64,000 nt of DNA from Eledone cirrhosa (GCA_964016885.1 OZ024743.1:34100001-34164000); one strand, 5' to 3'. Counted from the stretch's first letter, positions 12,330 through 27,540 are shown. Notes: generated from the letters alone by a model not told the origin. Made by a program: numbers and translations.

Positions 12330-12650
12330 TTGATGAAGCAACAAAATGGCGAAGACATTGCCACGGAGGATGGCCAGCGACACCCGCTGCATCAGCTGCT
12401 CCACCATAGAGGAATCCTTCCTCAGGTGGGCTACTGTCATTCCGAGTTTTCGGAGAAAATCGAAAGTGCGGAGAGCGAGGACACCAGAAGTCTCGATGGC
12501 AACTGGATCGAAAAACAAGCGGTCGGATATGACCCGGTATTTTTTTTGTCTTCCTCTCCTCTGTATTGCGGGCGGCGGTGTCCGAGTTTGCGGCCAAAGT
12601 GACAAATCAGATAACTGCTAATGGAGTCGTAGGTGTGCTGTCTGGGGTAT
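12330..12650 (-). pseudogene. Third CRE-like endonuclease 3' fragment
   Basis: FFDPVAIETSGVLA...LMQRVSLAILRGNV. Confidence 0.8.
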
Positions 12651-13587
12651 TTTAAAGGCGGTACGAATTCTCTCTAAGTTTGTCTACAACCAATTTCTTC
12701 CCGATGGAAAGCAAGAAAAAGCGAAGTAGGTGAAAGAGAAAAAAAATTAAAACTATATTCATCGACCCGGAAAGGATGAAAGGCAAAGTTGAGAGAGCCG
12801 GTCGGAATAACACTAAAGATTCCATCCGACACTCTAACGACACTGTCATTTTACCGCCAAGAAATATAATTTTGGCACAAGGCCAGCAATTATCCAAGGC
12901 ATCAAAGGCATCAAAGAATGAAAGACAAAGTTGACCTCGGCGAGATTTGAACTCCAAGAGCAGAGAGCAGGAACAAATACCGTAAAGCATTCTATCTGAC
13001 GTTCTAACGACACTGCCAATTCGCGAAATATAATGTATAAAATTGTTAAATTATATAGGTAACTATGCTTTTACCTTTAATTACTTAAATTAGTATACTT
13101 AAGGCATTTACACACACACACCCATACACACAAGCATCGCTGAGTAGGAAAGGAATTCGCTTTGTAGTCTCGTGGTTCTGTGTTTAGTCTTGCTGCGCGG
13201 CATCTTGGACAAATGTCTTCAACTATAGCCAAGGGTTGACCAACGTTTTCTGAGTCGAATTTGGTAAAAAGAAACTGCATAAGCTTGCTGTATATAATTG
13301 TGTGTGTTCGTCTGTGTCTGCATTAATGTTTGTGTGTTAACGTGTGACCACGTAACTTAACGGTTCGCCAAACAGAGATAAAGAACCAAACTTGAAAATA
13401 TAGTCAGTACTGGACTCGATGTAATAGACTAAATTTATTTAAGGCAGTGGTGCCCCACCATTCTCACAGACAAATTACCTGACATCCAGTGTAGTTAGTT
13501 CTCCGAGGTGGGACGCCAAAAAACTCAGATAAATATAAAGATAATTTTAAATGTTCTAGTCCAGTAGAAGTCATTGCCATGTGAAAC

Positions 13588-13722
<135 letters not shown>

Positions 13723-13727
13723 CTCTC

Positions 13728-13835
<108 letters not shown>

Positions 13836-14010
13836 GCACATATATATATTATATATACAATATATATGACGTGAATTGCTTATTTAGGTCGCGTTGGATG
13901 ACGCTAGTGTGTAGGAAGTTATCGAAGACTGAAAAGGTTGGTGATATCGTCTGTGTAGGAGAGACGTAACAGTCAGTAACAGCAGCAACAGTAAGAAGTA
14001 GCAAGAGTAG

Positions 14011-14212
14011 GAAATAGTGTTGGGTTGAGGGGTGAAATAGTGTTGGGTTGAGGGGTGAAATAGTGTTGGGTTGAGGGGTGAAATAGTGTTGGGTTGAGGG
14101 GTGAAATAGTGTTGGGTTGAGGGGTGAAATAGTGTTGGGTTGAGGGGTGAAATAGTGTTGGGTTGAGGGGTGAAATAGTGTTGGGTTGAGGGGTGAAATA
14201 GTGTTGGGTTGA
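14011..14212. repeat. 23-bp minisatellite, about 9 copies
   Basis: Unit GAAATAGTGTTGGGTTGAGGGGT repeated perfectly. Confidence 0.95.
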
Positions 14213-14258
14213 GAATAGAAATAACCGAACCGTATAAACTAGAGTTGGTATAGAGAGG

Positions 14259-14330
<72 letters not shown>

Positions 14331-14551
14331 GAGAGAGATAGAGAGAGAAAGAGAAAGAGAGAGAGGGAGAAGGAGAGAGAGAGAGGTTGGGGAGGGACCC
14401 TTCTCTGTTGCAGCAGCAGTCTGATTAGCAAGGAGATAGATGGTTTGGAAAGGTGGTTTTTCAGAAATTGCTGTCGCTAAAGTACTCAAGTCTGGAAGAT
14501 CTCTATAATGAAGTAATAAAATTGGCCTACCTAGCTTGACTACTGATCACA

Positions 14552-15153
<602 letters not shown>

Positions 15154-15559
15154 CATACATGAACATATATACATACATACATGAACATATGTAAGCGTGT
15201 AAGTGAACGGAAAACAGAGAGAAACATGGTGATAGATAAATGGAGAAAAAAGAAAGAGGATATATAAGTGATACATAAGAGTACACCTTTGCTCAGCATA
15301 CCACTTTATTTAATGGCAATAAATATTTATGCATACTTATGCACATACATCTATATGTACGTCTTACTGAACAATGTCTCCACTCTCTCAACGTAACTAC
15401 CTCTACTTTAAGAAAACGACAACGTAAAGATAGTAAGTATACATATATATGCATATACATACACAATAAAAACACACACACACCTATATATATATATATA
15501 GAGAGAGAGAGAGTGCTCAACCGGCATACCGCCTATGGAAGCATCCAAGCAACCTTACC

Positions 15560-15620
<61 letters not shown>

Positions 15621-15635
15621 ACACAACGGAAAAAA

Positions 15636-15672
<37 letters not shown>

Positions 15673-15713
15673 CGAAACATAAGTCAATTGCATGAACTCA
15701 TAATCCTTTATTT

Positions 15714-15769
15714 ACTGCTATATATATTTCGATGATAGCCATTGAATGGCTATGACCTCATCAGGCAGT
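15714..15769 (-). ncRNA. Type-I hammerhead ribozyme (family G)
   Basis: ACUGC-CUGAUGA-GGUC-AUAGCCA/UGGCUAU-CAUC-GAAAU-AUAU-AUA-GCAGU then AAAUAAA. Confidence 0.8.
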
Positions 15770-15832
15770 TAGTCACTTCTTAGATATGCCAGCTCTGTGT
15801 GTATAGTGTTGATGGTATCAGAGCCTTGGGAC

Positions 15833-15877
<45 letters not shown>

Positions 15878-15915
15878 AATAAAAGTCAAATGATTAAAAT
15901 TTAGCTTCGTTTATT

Positions 15916-15970
15916 ACTGCTATATATATTTCAGTGACAGCCATCTTTGGCTGTGACCTCTTCAGGCAGT
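15916..15970 (-). ncRNA. Type-I hammerhead ribozyme (family G, second copy)
   Basis: ACUGC-CUGAAGA-GGUC-ACAGCCA/UGGCUGU-CACU-GAAAU-AUAU-AUA-GCAGU then AAUAAA. Confidence 0.8.
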
Positions 15971-16235
15971 TTGAATTAGTATGGTATAGACAAGTACATA
16001 TGTTGTTTAGGTGTATGATATTGTCAATACTCTGATATGCCCAGTTCCTTGTTGGGTTGTTACTTCACTGGGGAACTGGAGTCCTATGAATTCAAACAAA
16101 CGAATTTTAGTGTCACAGGTCCCCTTCTCCTCTCATTGGTCAGTTATTAGTGTTGTCATTGTTGGAGTTAGCTTAAAAATTGATAAAATGGTAGAAGGGA
16201 CAAGGTGTTGGTATACAACCAACATAAACTCAAAA

Positions 16236-16314
<79 letters not shown>

Positions 16315-16461
16315 GGAACCAGTAAGACCCCGACAGCTGAGCTCGAGCCGTTTCGACGGCTAATTCTGGACTAAAATGTTCCTATTACCCACTCTACTAC
16401 CCCAAGTATTGAGTACTTTGGTGCGTTATGGTCCACCTGGTTCCTTACCACATTTCCTTCG

Positions 16462-16544
<83 letters not shown>

Positions 16545-16562
16545 TATATACATATATATATG

Positions 16563-16613
<51 letters not shown>

Positions 16614-16774
16614 GGGATAAAAAGTTATCGTTTTAGGTAATCCAGTTAGAGGCTGTGAGTACTCTATACTATGGATAGTGTTAACGTACGGCGTTGTTTG
16701 ACTCAACAAGTGGCTTCCTGAGTTAGGTAGCGAGTTTGCGAGATTTGCCATGCAGGTCATTCTTGGAGTAATAA

Positions 16775-16928
16775 TAGTGAAAGAGTGAAGAATAACATGC
16801 TCGGCTATACAAAAAGGGTTTTATTTACAGTATTAACAACTGTTTCATTCATCAATGGAACAATTGTTAATACTGTAAATAAACCCTTTTTGTACAGCCG
16901 ACCATGTTATTCTTCACTCTTTCACTAT
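16775..16928. mobile_element. Short hairpin (foldback) element next to (TA)n
   Basis: TAGTGAAAGAGTGAAGAATAACATG...CATGTTATTCTTCACTCTTTCACTA; the centre holds only the GAAAC-AGTT-GTT half of a hammerhead. Confidence 0.7.
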
Positions 16929-17156
16929 ATATATATATATATCATTAACTTTGATGTCTTTATTGAATGACCTGATGATCGTTAAGTCTCTGATCATATT
17001 GAAGTGGTGATTGCTCTGATGAATTTGTTCACCCTTTGCCACCTCACACTGAATTCCGTAGAGATATACTCTGTAACGGAGTAACCCCATTTAGCAGTGA
17101 CACGATGTTGCAGTACCATACATTGCATGAAGCACCTTGTGGTCTTGTGATTTCGT

Positions 17157-17203
<47 letters not shown>

Positions 17204-17350
17204 TTTATTCCGGGTTCATTCGGGGGTAACGACAGTAAGTAAGGTACTCAATACATAGCAGAGTATAAATATTTAATATAGAAATGGCTTCTACAGGACT
17301 AGAACTGTTTCATTCAGGAGAAATCATATATATAAATCATATATATATAA

Positions 17351-17388
<38 letters not shown>

Positions 17389-17829
17389 GCCATTTATGTT
17401 GTGTGGTTTACCAATAGGTAGAACTGGTGATTCCGGTTAGTAAACGTATAGTGTTTTTGTAACATCAAACTTTTAACGAAGATTTCCAGTGCAGCCTACT
17501 GTTGTTTTTAAATGAATATATATTCATTGTATTAAGGCTAAATAGTGAGTCTTGTTAGTCTGGAGTTTCGACTGGTTATCATAGGCTCATCAGGCTCCTG
17601 TCTGATGATTCTGTGATAAACAGGTGAAACTCTGGAGTTCAGTAAGACATACATATATAAATTTCATATTATATAAATGTCTGTGTATATTTTAATTATT
17701 TAAAGATTATTTTTAAGTGAACATGATTTTAAAAAAATATTTTGAATATATACCTAAATATATACATATAGATAGATAGATAACAATGAAAATGATGATG
17801 TAGAAGATTATTTTTCTTTCAAGTTCAGA

Positions 17830-18440
17830 ATCTTCCTGACGATACTAATTTATCCAGGCTTGTGCACTTCAATATACATCCATATTTTTCAATGATCTTT
17901 TGTTGTAAGAAGGGCATCACGAATCGATGACGATGGAAATAAAAAGCCAGATTATAAATATTATTTGTTATCTTACACACAGCTTGTCCAGCGGAGCATC
18001 CATGTCATGAGCTGTTGACTGGAAATCGCTAAATATTTTTCATCTCTTTCATCAGATTGATCTTGAATCACGTGTGGATTCTAGCTTGTGTTTCCGGGAT
18101 ACACAAGTGGCTAGATGCTAAACTGGTGCAGAACGCGCGGGTTGACCTTTCAATGACCGCATTGACAAGTATTAGCAATGCGGTCGGTGAACCGTCAACC
18201 CTCGTATTCACTAGTGGATCACTTGAGTGGGGAAGGTGTTAGCCATTAGCTACAGAAGGTATCTGGGTCTTTGACGATGAGAGTTTTGACAAGTCTCTTC
18301 TGGATCACTTTAAATCTCTAAATTATAAACCATTTCTAAACGTTCTTGGTCATACATGTGGTATTCCCTGTTTAGAATATACTCTACAGAGACGGCCGCA
18401 CTGTAGTTGTTAGCAACCGGACCTGTCTGAAATACGCCAT
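17830..18440 (-). pseudogene. Possible decayed Penelope-like GIY-YIG endonuclease 3' region
   Basis: Frameshifted KDP-IP and terminal VYIEVHKPG motifs resemble PLE KDxIP and xIxxxKPxLN. Confidence 0.35.
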
Positions 18441-18721
18441 TGCTTAGTATATGCGATTTTCTGACTTGTGAGCTTGTGTCGAACAGTTGATTATAACTAC
18501 CCCTGTATATACATATATTAACAAGCGATGCCGGCTGTTATAATGGTTTCTAATTTTGGCTTTAACACTGTAGTTTGGGAGAAGGGAAAGTTTATTACAT
18601 CGACCCAGTACTTTATTTTCTCGACTTCGAAAGGATGAAAGGCAACATTTGAACTCAGAACATAAACAGTACAAATACTGTATATCCGACGCTCTATCAC
18701 CTCTGCCAATTCACCACCACA

Positions 18722-18915
18722 ATAATTGTTTCTACTTTTGGCATAAGGCCAGCAATTATCCCAGTGTATTACTGGTACTTTATTTTATCGACCCCGTAAG
18801 GATGAAAGGCAAAGCTAACCTCGGCGGGATTTGAACTCAGATCATAAAGGGACGTAATTCTTTGCTGCAAAATATGGCGTCCCATCCTCTACCGATACTG
18901 CCAATTCACCACCAC
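18722..18915 (-). mobile_element. tRNA-derived SINE
   Basis: Full-length copy, preceded by a related head at about 18600-18720. Confidence 0.85.
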
Positions 18916-19653
18916 AATAATGACAATAAAGATTATGATTGTTACTGTTGTTGTTGCTTAACCTCAGATCAACTCCAATTGTGCAGACCAACGATCAAAG
19001 TAGTTCCAGCTGCGACTAACCAGACTCTTAAGAAATATCTGGAACTACATTATTTATTGTGTCCTCTTCTTCGTGAGTTGAGAGAGATCTGAGAGTTATA
19101 TTCTCGCAGATCGAAGGATCACTTAGGGTCGCCTTCCCTGGCTCATTAGCGATTATGGTGATAATGCTAAGGGTAATGATGCAGGTTGTGATAGGCTAAG
19201 GAATATAGTGATGATGATGATGATGATGATGATGATAACGATGTTAATAGAGGTGGAGAGGATGATAGTGATTATGATGGAGAGGATGAAAAAATAGAAA
19301 GAGGAAAAGGCGGAGAAAATATTATGAATCCCACCTTCGGTTTTGTATATTGGAATTCTTCCAATGCGGTATCAGTTTTGTCTTATCTTGCTGACGGTTA
19401 TCTCCAACAGACTTATCCCTGGGTGGGAAGGGTGTTTAAGGGCAGTGAATATAACCGTGAATGGGAAGGTTAGGTATAGTGGATAAGAGGTGAAGGACAA
19501 GATAGTAAGACAGGCGTGCTGCACACGGCTGATAATGGGTAACCGCAGGAACAGCAGCAGCAACAACAGCAGCGGAGGCAACGCCAGCAATAGTAGTTGT
19601 AGAATAATCGTGGTGAAGAAGAACATTAGGCAGATAAAAGAAAAAGTCATACT

Positions 19654-19757
<104 letters not shown>

Positions 19758-19958
19758 AGTGTGAGTGAATGTGAGTGAATGGTAAGTACAAATATAGTAA
19801 AAGTCTTTATACATATATATATATATATATAAATCATAGCACTGTAGTATACAATGTTTGTGTCATGAGTCAGAGGTGAGATTTTCTGTACTTACATTAG
19901 TAATTCTCAATACGTACTGCAACTTAGACACAGACACGCACGTACTCACACACACACC

Positions 19959-20053
<95 letters not shown>

Positions 20054-20144
20054 CTGTTGTGGAACTACTTCTACCAAACTCGTCCCATGGACTAAGTGCT
20101 CTACTACTACGGATATTACCCTCCAGTGTTCTACTATTATATAT

Positions 20145-20187
<43 letters not shown>

Positions 20188-20282
20188 GTGGAACACTGGA
20201 GGGTAATATTCGTAGTGGTAGAGCATTCAGTCCATGGGACGAGTTTGGTAGAAGTAGTTCCACAACAGTTAGTTCATCATAC

Positions 20283-20369
20283 CGAGAACAATTGTTTCAC
20301 CTTAGCGGATCCTCAGCTCGTAATCCGATTACGAGCTGAGGATCCGCTAAGGTGAAACAATTGTTCTCG
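20283..20369. ncRNA. Back-to-back hammerhead pair, family C (20283-20320 minus, 20332-20369 plus)
   Basis: CGAG-CUGAGGA-UCCGCUAAGGU-GAAAC-AAUU-GUU-CUCG on both strands. Confidence 0.7.
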
Positions 20370-20397
20370 GTATGATGAACTAACTGTTGTGTAACCA

Positions 20398-20436
<39 letters not shown>

Positions 20437-20566
20437 ATACTTTGGGAGGGTCATGTTGCCAATAAGAAACACACGCACCAGTTGCTTTCACTTCAATTTA
20501 TTATAATAAATTTATAAATTTCCGGTTGGTTGGTTGGTTCCACAACCAGATGGTTGTTTATATATT

Positions 20567-20609
20567 GTCAAAGTTCTTTCGTCACAGATTCTGTGACCTC
20601 TTCAGTGAC
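20567..20609 (-). ncRNA. Minimal type-I hammerhead ribozyme (family B)
   Basis: GUCA-CUGAAGA-G-GUCACAG..CUGUGAC-GAAAG-AA-CUU-UGAC. Confidence 0.7.
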
Positions 20610-20685
20610 TGGGGATTCTTTTCTTTGTTTTTGTGCCTCTCCTTTGTTCTGTCCTACGCCATCTTGTTTCTATATATATATATAT

Positions 20686-21319
20686 AAACGGAATAAATGA
20701 AACGAAATTTCATTTCCCACCCTTAGTACGGCTGTTACTTAAATATAAGTATGTACACGTACATACATATATGTATACAGACGTACAGTAGTATGCATAT
20801 ATATATACATACAGCACACATATATATATGTACGTATGGATTCACCAAACATTTATTATAATGCTCGGTGTTTTTGTAAACAAACATCCCGTATTAAGCC
20901 GTAGTGTCTAGCAACCACCGTTGCTCGTTTGTTCAACACTGACAAAGGAACGCTGTACTAGTTTCAAGCTTATTAGCTATCGTCAGCAACGTATACCTTC
21001 CTGCCAGATTGTTGAACGTATATACTTACCTTATGCATATTAACGGCTGAGTAGCCCAATCTGCATATCGAGTGGGTTAATCGGCCGGGTGCACCGAGAA
21101 CGATAAACGGAAAAAATGAAACGAAATTTCATTTCCCACCCTTAGTACGGCTGTTACTTAAATATAAGTATGTACACGTACATACATATATGTATACAGA
21201 CGTACAGTAGTATGTATATATATATACATACACGCACACACATATATATATATATGTACGTATGGATTCACCGAACATTTATTATAATGCTCGGTGTGTT
21301 TGTAAACAAACATCCCGTA
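20686..21319. mobile_element. Element with ~205-bp direct terminal repeats around a ~215-bp unique core, flanked by (TA)n
   Basis: AAACGGAA..TGAAACGAAATT...CAAACATCCCGTA at 20686-20893 and 21106-21319; a partial copy lies at about 48000-48140. Confidence 0.7.
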
Positions 21320-21349
21320 ACTGTTTCCTTACCACACTTCCTTCGTTAT

Positions 21350-22325
<976 letters not shown>

Positions 22326-22506
22326 ATCTTAAGGTTTGTTGGTCCACCACTGGATGGAACTGGTCATTCCGTATGGCTAATCCTGGTGTAATATTGTGAA
22401 GAGTACTCAACGCAGTGCGGTTCACCCATCTTCATTTGTGTAGTTGGTGGTGCGAATACGGAGTTAATTATATTCCTTTGTTATTATATTCCTTTGTTAT
22501 ATTCCA

Positions 22507-22564
22507 ATACCTGATGATATCACCGGATTCATATGGAACCCGGTCATTGAAATGATCATAGTAT
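22507..22564 (+). ncRNA. Type-I hammerhead ribozyme (family K)
   Basis: AUAC-CUGAUGA-UAUC-ACCGG..CCGGU-CAUU-GAAAU-GAUC-AUA-GUAU then AAUAAA. Confidence 0.75.
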
Positions 22565-22735
22565 AATAAACCTTTCAAGGATTTACACCAGTCCAGCCTA
22601 CTGTTATTTCATATATATATATATATAACCATCTTTTGATCTTATATATTATGTATACTCCAGTCTTACAAATTGTAGAGTGCTTCTTATCCGATATCTG
22701 CATTGCTTTATTGTACTACAATAAAACTCACCTCC

Positions 22736-22819
<84 letters not shown>

Positions 22820-22837
22820 TATATATATATATATATG

Positions 22838-22922
<85 letters not shown>

Positions 22923-22934
22923 TATATATATAAT

Positions 22935-23597
22935 ATACTACCATTAAAGCCCGGCGTTGCTTGGAGGGGTCATTAAGTTACCAAAGTTAGGTTGCACCAC
23001 CCATTTTATGGCAGTACTTTTTTTGTCTGCCAGGCACTGGCTGAATGAATTGCAGACCTGGAAGCAGGAGCTGCGCCAGCAGTGACAATTGTAGTTTCGC
23101 CTATGGATATTATCTCTGTGCAAAAAAGTGTTGAAATTTATTGTTTCACAGTACTTGCGCAACACGCGCATAGACGATGCCAGCCGAACAACAGAGTTGC
23201 GATGGAATTGTTCTGCATGGTTGTCTGTGTGTTTTCTAAATTTAAGACAGTAGGGATGGGTGTGATATGGAGGAGAGTTAGCTGCTGTTTCTAGCAGGTT
23301 TAGTAACCTCATAGAGGATATGTGTTTTCTAAATTTAAGACAGTAGGGAGTGGTGTGATATGGGGGAGATTTAGCTGCAATTTCTAGCAGGTTTAGTGAC
23401 CTCATAGATATGTTTTCTAAATTTAAGACAGTAGAGAGTGGTGTGATATGGGGGAGAGTTAGCTGCTGTTTCTAGCAGGTTTAGTAACCCCATAGAGGAT
23501 ATGTATTTTCTAAATTTAAGACAGTAGGGAGTGGTGTTATATGGGGGAGAGTTAGCTGCTGTTTCTAGCAGGTTTAGTGACCTCATAGAGGATATTA
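22935..23597 (-). mobile_element. Helitron-like non-autonomous element with an internal ~92-bp minisatellite (4 copies, 23227-23594)
   Basis: Minus-strand 3' end AGCAACGCCGGGC..TGGTAG-T resembles a Helitron terminal hairpin plus CTAG; the tandem unit is seen directly. Confidence 0.45.
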
Positions 23598-24485
23598 TTG
23601 TTTATCATTATCTATAAAAGGCAGATTGTTGTTGTTGTTGTTGTTGTTGGAGTGAGTGTGTGTTTGTATGCGTTTGGAAAAGAGGTTTTAAAAAAGATTT
23701 ATCGCTTGTTGTTGAATAAATGTATCTGTTGCTTTTGAATAATTGTCGTTTCGTATGAAATGTAATAATTTGAAGTATGAAAGAGAAAGTAGCAAAATGT
23801 GTGGATTGTAGATAGAGGAAAAACAGATGATATGAGAGAGTAAAACGGACAGTATCACCATCAAGCTTGGAAAGAGAAAGTAGCAGAAAGTATGAAGTTG
23901 TATACATTTTGAATGGTAGTGGAAAGAGTTTAGCAGTTTAAATGACAGAGAAAAATCGTAAAATATTGAGTTTTATCTATTTTTTGCGTAATTGTGGGTG
24001 AAATTGAAAAAAATAAGATGTGCCAAGACGCAATCGAAACTATTTCGAATACTGAATTGTAAATTTCAATTGAAGAAATTCTATATCGTAGATTTCTATA
24101 AGAAAGGAGCATGACCACACACTGAGCTTTATAGATTATGATATATATATATATATAATATATATATATATATATTATAAATATATATTTATATTTATAT
24201 ATAGCCCCATCAAATTTCTAATTAGAAATAGAACGCAATAAAAAAATGGTGTAACATTGTTTAAGGTAATAATATCTTAGGGCAAGGTTTGACTTATCTC
24301 CAGCACATCAATATCATGTCTTGAGCACTCGAAATAAATCACTCGATTAGACGAATTGGGACGTAGCTTGTAATATTAACGTATGTCTAGTTACCATATA
24401 TGGATGTATGCACAGTTATTTCTCGGTTACTGGTCTTTTTACTTTTCTAAAAATGCGGTGCTCTCCAGGCTTATTATAATATATA

Positions 24486-24672
24486 CGGTGGATTGGCAGT
24501 ATCGGTAGAGGGTCGGACGCCATGCTTTGCAGTATAGAGTTACGGCCCTTGTCATTCTGAGTTCAAATCCCGCCGAGGTTAACTTTGCTTCTCATCCTTT
24601 CGGGGTCGATAAAATAAAGTACCAGTAATACACTGGAATAATTGCTGGCCTCGTGCCAAAAGTATAAACAAT
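24486..24672 (+). mobile_element. tRNA-derived SINE
   Basis: Full-length main-family copy. Confidence 0.85.
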
Positions 24673-25084
24673 ACTCAGCTTGATGGGTTATGTTTAACCT
24701 TGATATGGACAGAAATAAAACTGATAGACATCAGGAAACGATTGGAAAATCCCGAACGTCGTCATTCCAGCCTCCAATCACTTAATCTTAGATAACCTCA
24801 CTCAAAGCCATGTCACACATTGGGATCTACAATTATGATAAAATTAGAAAACATGTTTAATTAATTATGATTTAACATTATGATAAAACCATGAGCTAGG
24901 TTAAATTAATCACTTTTCGTTACGAGTACACACAGCTGCCCACAATTAATTCAGCTGAGAAGTCAAAGTGAGAAATAAGACTGAAGAGGTTGTATCTAAG
25001 AAGAGGGCTGATATCATTCTCGCACGATGATTGATTTTCAAAGTATGCATCTAATGCATCTAAATAAATATATATATATATATA

Positions 25085-25200
25085 GGCGTGTGGCTGAGTG
25101 GTTAGAGAATTGGATTCGCAATCGTAAGGTTGTGAGTTCGATTCCTGGACCAGGCGATGCGTTATGTCCTTGAGCAAGACACTTTATTTCACGTTGCTCC
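25085..25200 (+). mobile_element. Second tRNA-derived SINE family (head plus TGTCCTTGAGCAAGACACTT core)
   Basis: A box TGGCTGAGTGG, B box GTTCGATTCC, then a CORE/V-SINE-like central motif. Confidence 0.7.
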
Positions 25201-25332
25201 TTCTACCTGGAGTTGCGACCGATAGATAGTATTAGCAATTGGAAAGACCAACGGAAACATTGTTCCCTCGGTCCGATTTGACAAAAAGTCGATCGTTCCT
25301 TAATATATATATATATATATTCAAACATACAA

Positions 25333-25373
<41 letters not shown>

Positions 25374-25650
25374 CAAATATACATACATGTATATATATAT
25401 ATATATTTACACACACGACATATACACAGACACATGTATGTATGTGTGAGCGTTTTTGTGCCTATATGCAACACGAGTTGACTAATCCGGAATCGCCCGA
25501 TCAACACTCGATTGTGTCAACTATAAATTCGATTTTAAAAAGACCTTTGTCTTAAACAATGTGCTGAAATCAGACAGAGAATAACAAACAATAAATACCT
25601 AGGGGAAATCCGAGAAAGAAAGCTAGAGAGAGAGAGAGAGAGAGAAAGAA

Positions 25651-25683
<33 letters not shown>

Positions 25684-26704
25684 TTGGAGGAGATTGGATG
25701 TTGTTTATTCATGATGATAGTCAATTCAAGATGGCGATGTGTTTATGCTGACAGTGGAGGAGAAAGAAGGTGCTTTGACAGATATAGACAAATAGTGATG
25801 AGGATAGAGAAGCATTCAGTTATTTGTTTCTTTGCAAGCAAGTATTAAGTAAATGAGGCTTATTTAATCATTTGATTTCATCTACAAATCTATTTCAATA
25901 GTTTTTCTAGATTACAACTTTTCCGACCTCCCTAGACACAATCACATTGATACTGAAGTCTATACATTGCTATATATTCCATCCACTTCTGTTTGTTTCA
26001 GATGCGTTATCAATCTGAGCAGTCAGCATTCTAATTACACAACTACTACCGCTTTGGCTTATGACAGACGCTATGACCCCTGGAGGACCAGCAGTAACAT
26101 CAGTCGGGGTCGAAACTGGCAAAAGTCCATCTCGGCGACTGAAGATCTTGGAGTTCTGTGTCTTTCGTTTGTCTTTTTGTTTTGCCTTGTTTTGTTCGTT
26201 GTCTTCTCTTTGTTAATTTTCTTTGTTAATTTTCCTAATTTTATTATTACTACTCCCACCCACCCCCACCCACCCACTGTCTCTCCAAACATATCTGTAT
26301 TCAATTCAGTTAAGCAGAAGACCTCACCTATGAAATCTTAACTATCGGCCAGAAATCACCTTTGAACGACCTTATATATCATCATGACGTCATTAGATAA
26401 AGTAAAGGTAACATTTAGCGAATGTTCAATAAGGTTTTTATATCAAGATAATCTACTACCGACAGCCGGGAAGTGAGGAATATGGCTTCAGGAGAGGTTT
26501 ATACGTAAATTGGAAGAAAGTAGAACGAAATAAAAAGTGGTGTAATGCTGTTTAAGGTAATAATATCTTAGGGCACAGTTTGACTTTTCTCCAGCACATC
26601 AATATCACGTCTTGGAATTTATTTTGTACTCAATTATATTTTAGTGTAGGTGTATATCAGGATGGTATTCAGTTCATAATCTGGGTGGCGATATGTTCAT
26701 GTTA

Positions 26705-27540
26705 GTAGTGATGTAGTCATGATGGTGGTGGTGTAGTGATGACGGTGGTGGTGGTGGTGTAGTCATGATGGTGGTGGTGGTGGTGTAGTCATGATGGTGG
26801 TGGTGTAGTGATGACGGTGGTGGTGGTGGTGTAGTCATGATGGTGATGTAGTTATGATGGTGGTGGTGTAGTGATGACGGTGGTGGTGGTGTAGTCATGA
26901 TGGTGGTGGTGGTGGTGTAGTCATGATGGTGGTGGTGTAGTCATGATGGTGGTGGTGGTGTAGTCATGATGGTGGTGTAGTTATGATGGTGGTGGTGTAG
27001 TGATGACGGTGGTGGTGGTGTAGTCATGATGGTGGTGGTGGTGGTGGTGTAGTCATGATGGTGGTGGTGGTGGTGTAGACATGATGGTGGTGGTGGTGTA
27101 GTCATGATGGTGATGTAGTTATGATGGTGGTGGTGTAGTGATGACGGTGGTGGTGGTGTAGTCATGATGGTGGTGGTGGTGGTGTAGTCATGATGGTGGT
27201 GGTGGTGTAGTTATGATGGTGGTGGTGGTGGTGTAGTCATGATGGTGGTGGTGGTGTAGTCATGATGGTGATGTAGTTATGATGGTGGTGGTGTAGTGAT
27301 GACGGTGGTGGTGGTGTAGTCATGATGGTGGTGGTGGTGTAGTTATGATGGTGGTGGTGGTGGTGTAGACATGATGGTGGTGGTGGTGGTGTAGACATGA
27401 TGGTGGTGGTGGTGTAGTCATGATGGTGATGTAGTTATGATGGTGGTGGTGTAGTGATGACGGTGGTGGTGGTGTAGTCATGATGGTAGTGGTGGTGTAG
27501 TTATGATGGTGGTGTTGGTGGTGTAATTATGATGGTAGTG
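26705..27540. repeat. GGT-rich minisatellite (GTAGTCATGAT(GGT)n units)
   Basis: Direct observation. Confidence 0.95.

Noticed and set aside
14011-14212. CRISPR-like periodicity (also 23227-23594)
   Set aside because: Head-to-tail repeats with no unique spacers, no cas genes, eukaryotic context
17560-17642. Back-to-back CTGATGA...GAAAC cores (related copy at about 60935-61015)
   Set aside because: Probably another ribozyme family, but stems I and III are broken in these copies, so not counted as intact
26674-27165. His/Pro/Thr-rich ORFs
   Set aside because: Product of the GGT-rich minisatellite
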